DNA from: Kineococcus radiotolerans SRS30216 = ATCC BAA-149
GTDB lineage: Bacteria > Actinomycetota > Actinomycetes > Actinomycetales > Kineococcaceae
Reading direction: 5' to 3'
Length of the DNA stretch: 32,000 nt
Assembly: GCF_000017305.1 (NCBI RefSeq)
Contig: NC_009664.2
Span: forward strand, 3,360,001-3,392,000
Each line of letters begins with the position of its first letter. Within the stretch, counting starts at the first letter, position 1. Both the position numbers and the translations under genes were made by a program. The notes under the pieces were generated by a model that was not told the origin of the DNA, did not search any database, and was given only the letters and a program-made list of their open reading frames with translations. This document shows, piece after piece, positions 30,413-32,000 of this stretch.

Positions 30413-32000
30413 GTGCCCCACCGCCCGGCCGGACGTCCCGGCCTGACCCCCCGGCGGCTCGCGGGCCCCCTGACGAGCACCGCGGTGGCCCTCGGCGTCG
30501 CCGCGGCCACCGCGGAGACCCTCGGCGCCGTCGTCACCGGGCGCATCGCCGGGAACCCCACCGCGGGGCTGCTCGCCGTCCTCGCCGCGCTCGTCGTCGG
30601 GGCCAGCGCCCTCGACACCCTCGGGCGGGTGGCGCTCGCCGCCGCCGTCGGGCGGGCCGAGGGCGCGCTGCGCGCCGACCTGCTCGCCGCCGCCTTCGCC
30701 CAGCCCGTCCCCGCCCTGGCCGAGCAGGCCGTCGGGGAGGTCATCGACCGCGTCGACGACGACCCCCGCCAGCTCGCCCGGCTGCTGCGCGAAGCGGTGT
30801 GGAACCTCGGGCGCGGGCTCGTCCGCTCCCTCATCGGCTGGGTCGTGGCCGGTCTCGTGTGGTGGCCGGCGTGGATCGCGTTCCCCGTCGTCGCCGTCGT
30901 CGTCTGGCTGTCCGTGCGCCGGCTCACCCCGCTGCTGGTGCAGCGCAAGGTCGCCGAGGAGGTCGCCTGGACCGACCACGCCGCCCAGCTGGAGGAGGCC
31001 GTCGCCGGTCGCGACGACGTCCGCTCCAGCCTGGGGCAGCCGCACGTCGTGCGCCGCTACGCCCAGCTCGCCGCCGGCGTCCTCACCCGCGTCCGCGCCA
31101 CCAGCGACCTCGCCGCCACCGTCGCCCGCCGGACCACCCTCGTGCTGGCCCTCGTCTGCTCCGCGCTCGTCGTCGGCGGGACCGCGCTCGTCGCCGACGG
31201 CCGGCTCGGCGTCGCGCAGCTCGTCACCGTCTGGCTGCTGTCCGCGGGCTTCGCCGGCGACCTCACCCAGATCAGCGAGCGCCTCCCCGAGGTCCAGGCC
31301 GGCTTCGGCGCGGTGCAGCGCATCCGCGCGCTGCTGCAGGCCCCGTCCGAGCCCGTGGGCGGGGCGCCCGTCCCCCCGGGCCCGCTGGGCGTGGCGTTCC
31401 GGGGGGTCCGCTTCGCCCACCCCGGCGGGTTCGCGCTGCGCGACGTGGAGCTGGAGGTCCCCACCGGGACGACCTGCGCCCTCGTCGGGCGCAGCGGCTC
31501 GGGCAAGTCCACGCTGGCCGCGCTGCTCTCCCGCGCCCTGGAACCACCGCCCGGTGCGGTGCTCCTCGGCGGCGCCGACGTCACCGGGCTCGACCTGCAC
31601 CAGCTGCGGCGGGCCGTGGGGGTCGTCACCCAGCGCACCGAGCTGCTGGCCGGGACCCTGCGCCGCAACATCACCCTCGACGCCGACGTCGCGCCCGAGC
31701 GGGTCGACGCCGCCGTGGACTCCCTGGGCCTGCGCGACTGGGTCGCGGGGCTGCCCGCCGGCCTGGAGACCCGCCTCGGCCCCGGCGGGACCACCCTCTC
31801 CGCCGGGGAGGAGCAGCTCGTCGCCTTCGCCCGCCTCCTCGTGCGCGACGTGCGCGTCGTCGTCCTCGACGAGGCCACCGCCCGGATGGACCCCGTCACC
31901 GAGCACCGCGTCACCGCCGCCGCGCAGCGCCTGCTCGCCGGCCGCACCGGCCTGCTCATCGCCCACCGGCTCTCCACCACCGCCCGCGCCGACGGGGTCG
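30413..32000 (+). CDS. Fused ABC exporter (N-terminal transmembrane domain + C-terminal ATPase), 3' end outside the window
   Basis: This ORF is not in the track because it has no stop in the window. My translation from GTG 30413 (in-frame TAG at 30401) gives a hydrophobic ABC_membrane region. It is followed by Walker A 'GRSGSGKST', Q-loop 'VVTQ', signature 'LSAGEEQ', Walker B 'VVVLDEAT' and H-loop 'IAHR'. Confidence 0.9.
   Translation, partial: MPHRPAGRPGLTPRRLAGPLTSTAVALGVAAATAETLGAVVTGRIAGNPTAGLLAVLAALVVGASALDTLGRVALAAAVGRAEGALRADLLAAAFAQPVPALAEQAVGEVIDRVDDDPRQLARLLREAVWNLGRGLVRSLIGWVVAGLVWWPAWIAFPVVAVVVWLSVRRLTPLLVQRKVAEEVAWTDHAAQLEEAVAGRDDVRSSLGQPHVVRRYAQLAAGVLTRVRATSDLAATVARRTTLVLALVCSALVVGGTALVADGRLGVAQLVTVWLLSAGFAGDLTQISERLPEVQAGFGAVQRIRALLQAPSEPVGGAPVPPGPLGVAFRGVRFAHPGGFALRDVELEVPTGTTCALVGRSGSGKSTLAALLSRALEPPPGAVLLGGADVTGLDLHQLRRAVGVVTQRTELLAGTLRRNITLDADVAPERVDAAVDSLGLRDWVAGLPAGLETRLGPGGTTLSAGEEQLVAFARLLVRDVRVVVLDEATARMDPVTEHRVTAAAQRLLAGRTGLLIAHRLSTTARADGV

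Noticed and set aside
29868-32000. HNH + ABC ATPase as a Septu-like defence pair
   Set aside because: The ABC protein has a full N-terminal transmembrane exporter domain and canonical transporter motifs. Septu PtuA is a soluble AAA/ABC-like ATPase.
1-32000. Search for tRNA, rRNA, tmRNA, IS elements, integrases and prophage genes
   Set aside because: I found no cloverleaf-like or rRNA-like conserved stretches, no transposase or integrase motifs, and no long terminal inverted or direct repeats. The window looks like core chromosome.

Overview
Very GC-rich window (by eye about 70-75% G+C, with third codon positions almost all G/C). This is typical of a high-GC actinobacterium; the genus cannot be assigned without a database search. 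Coding is dense. I saw no rRNA, tRNA, CRISPR array, transposase or integrase. Most long ORFs in the six-frame track are off-frame or antisense shadows rich in Arg/Pro/Gly. I accepted frames only where the protein carries recognisable family motifs and a sensible start or SD.

Gene order:
- Partial CDS end plus a GC-palindrome terminator.
- LysR regulator divergent from an MFS transporter.
- Membrane-anchored CopC-domain protein, divergent from a small membrane protein coupled to a 2H phosphoesterase.
- L-fucose-type cluster: Tat-lipoprotein sugar-binding protein, LacI regulator, aldo/keto reductase, FucU mutarotase, GH29 alpha-L-fucosidase.
- Second LacI regulator, divergent from an arabinoside operon: GH51 arabinofuranosidase, binding protein, two permeases, PhyH-family dioxygenase.
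- GT-C-like polytopic glycosyltransferase with a 12-bp tandem repeat at its 5' end.
- Minus-strand NAD operon nrtR-nadA-nadB-nadC-cysteine desulfurase-GNAT, with four consecutive GTGA start/stop overlaps.
- A 487-bp structured intergenic region.
- EntS-like MFS transporter, CPD photolyase and IdeR.
- ydaO-type c-di-AMP riboswitch in front of an NlpC/P60 hydrolase.
- Histidine-rich small ORF overlapping a small HNH endonuclease.
- 5' part of a fused ABC exporter.

Most interesting leads:
1. The promoter/SD-equipped 58-codon His-rich sORF, with GTGCAC palindromes at an exact 15-bp period, overlapping the HNH gene.
2. The nrtR/MFS intergenic region, with divergent promoters, a low-GC patch and a 12-codon uORF.
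3. Paired 10-nt direct repeats over the promoter and 5' end of the c-di-AMP riboswitch.
4. The 12-bp G-rich tandem repeat at the GT-C gene.
5. A multi-tract G-quadruplex motif in the nrtR-nadA spacer.
6. A GNAT acetyltransferase coupled to the end of the NAD operon.

None of these could be confirmed without searches or experiments. I cannot claim a demonstrably new system.
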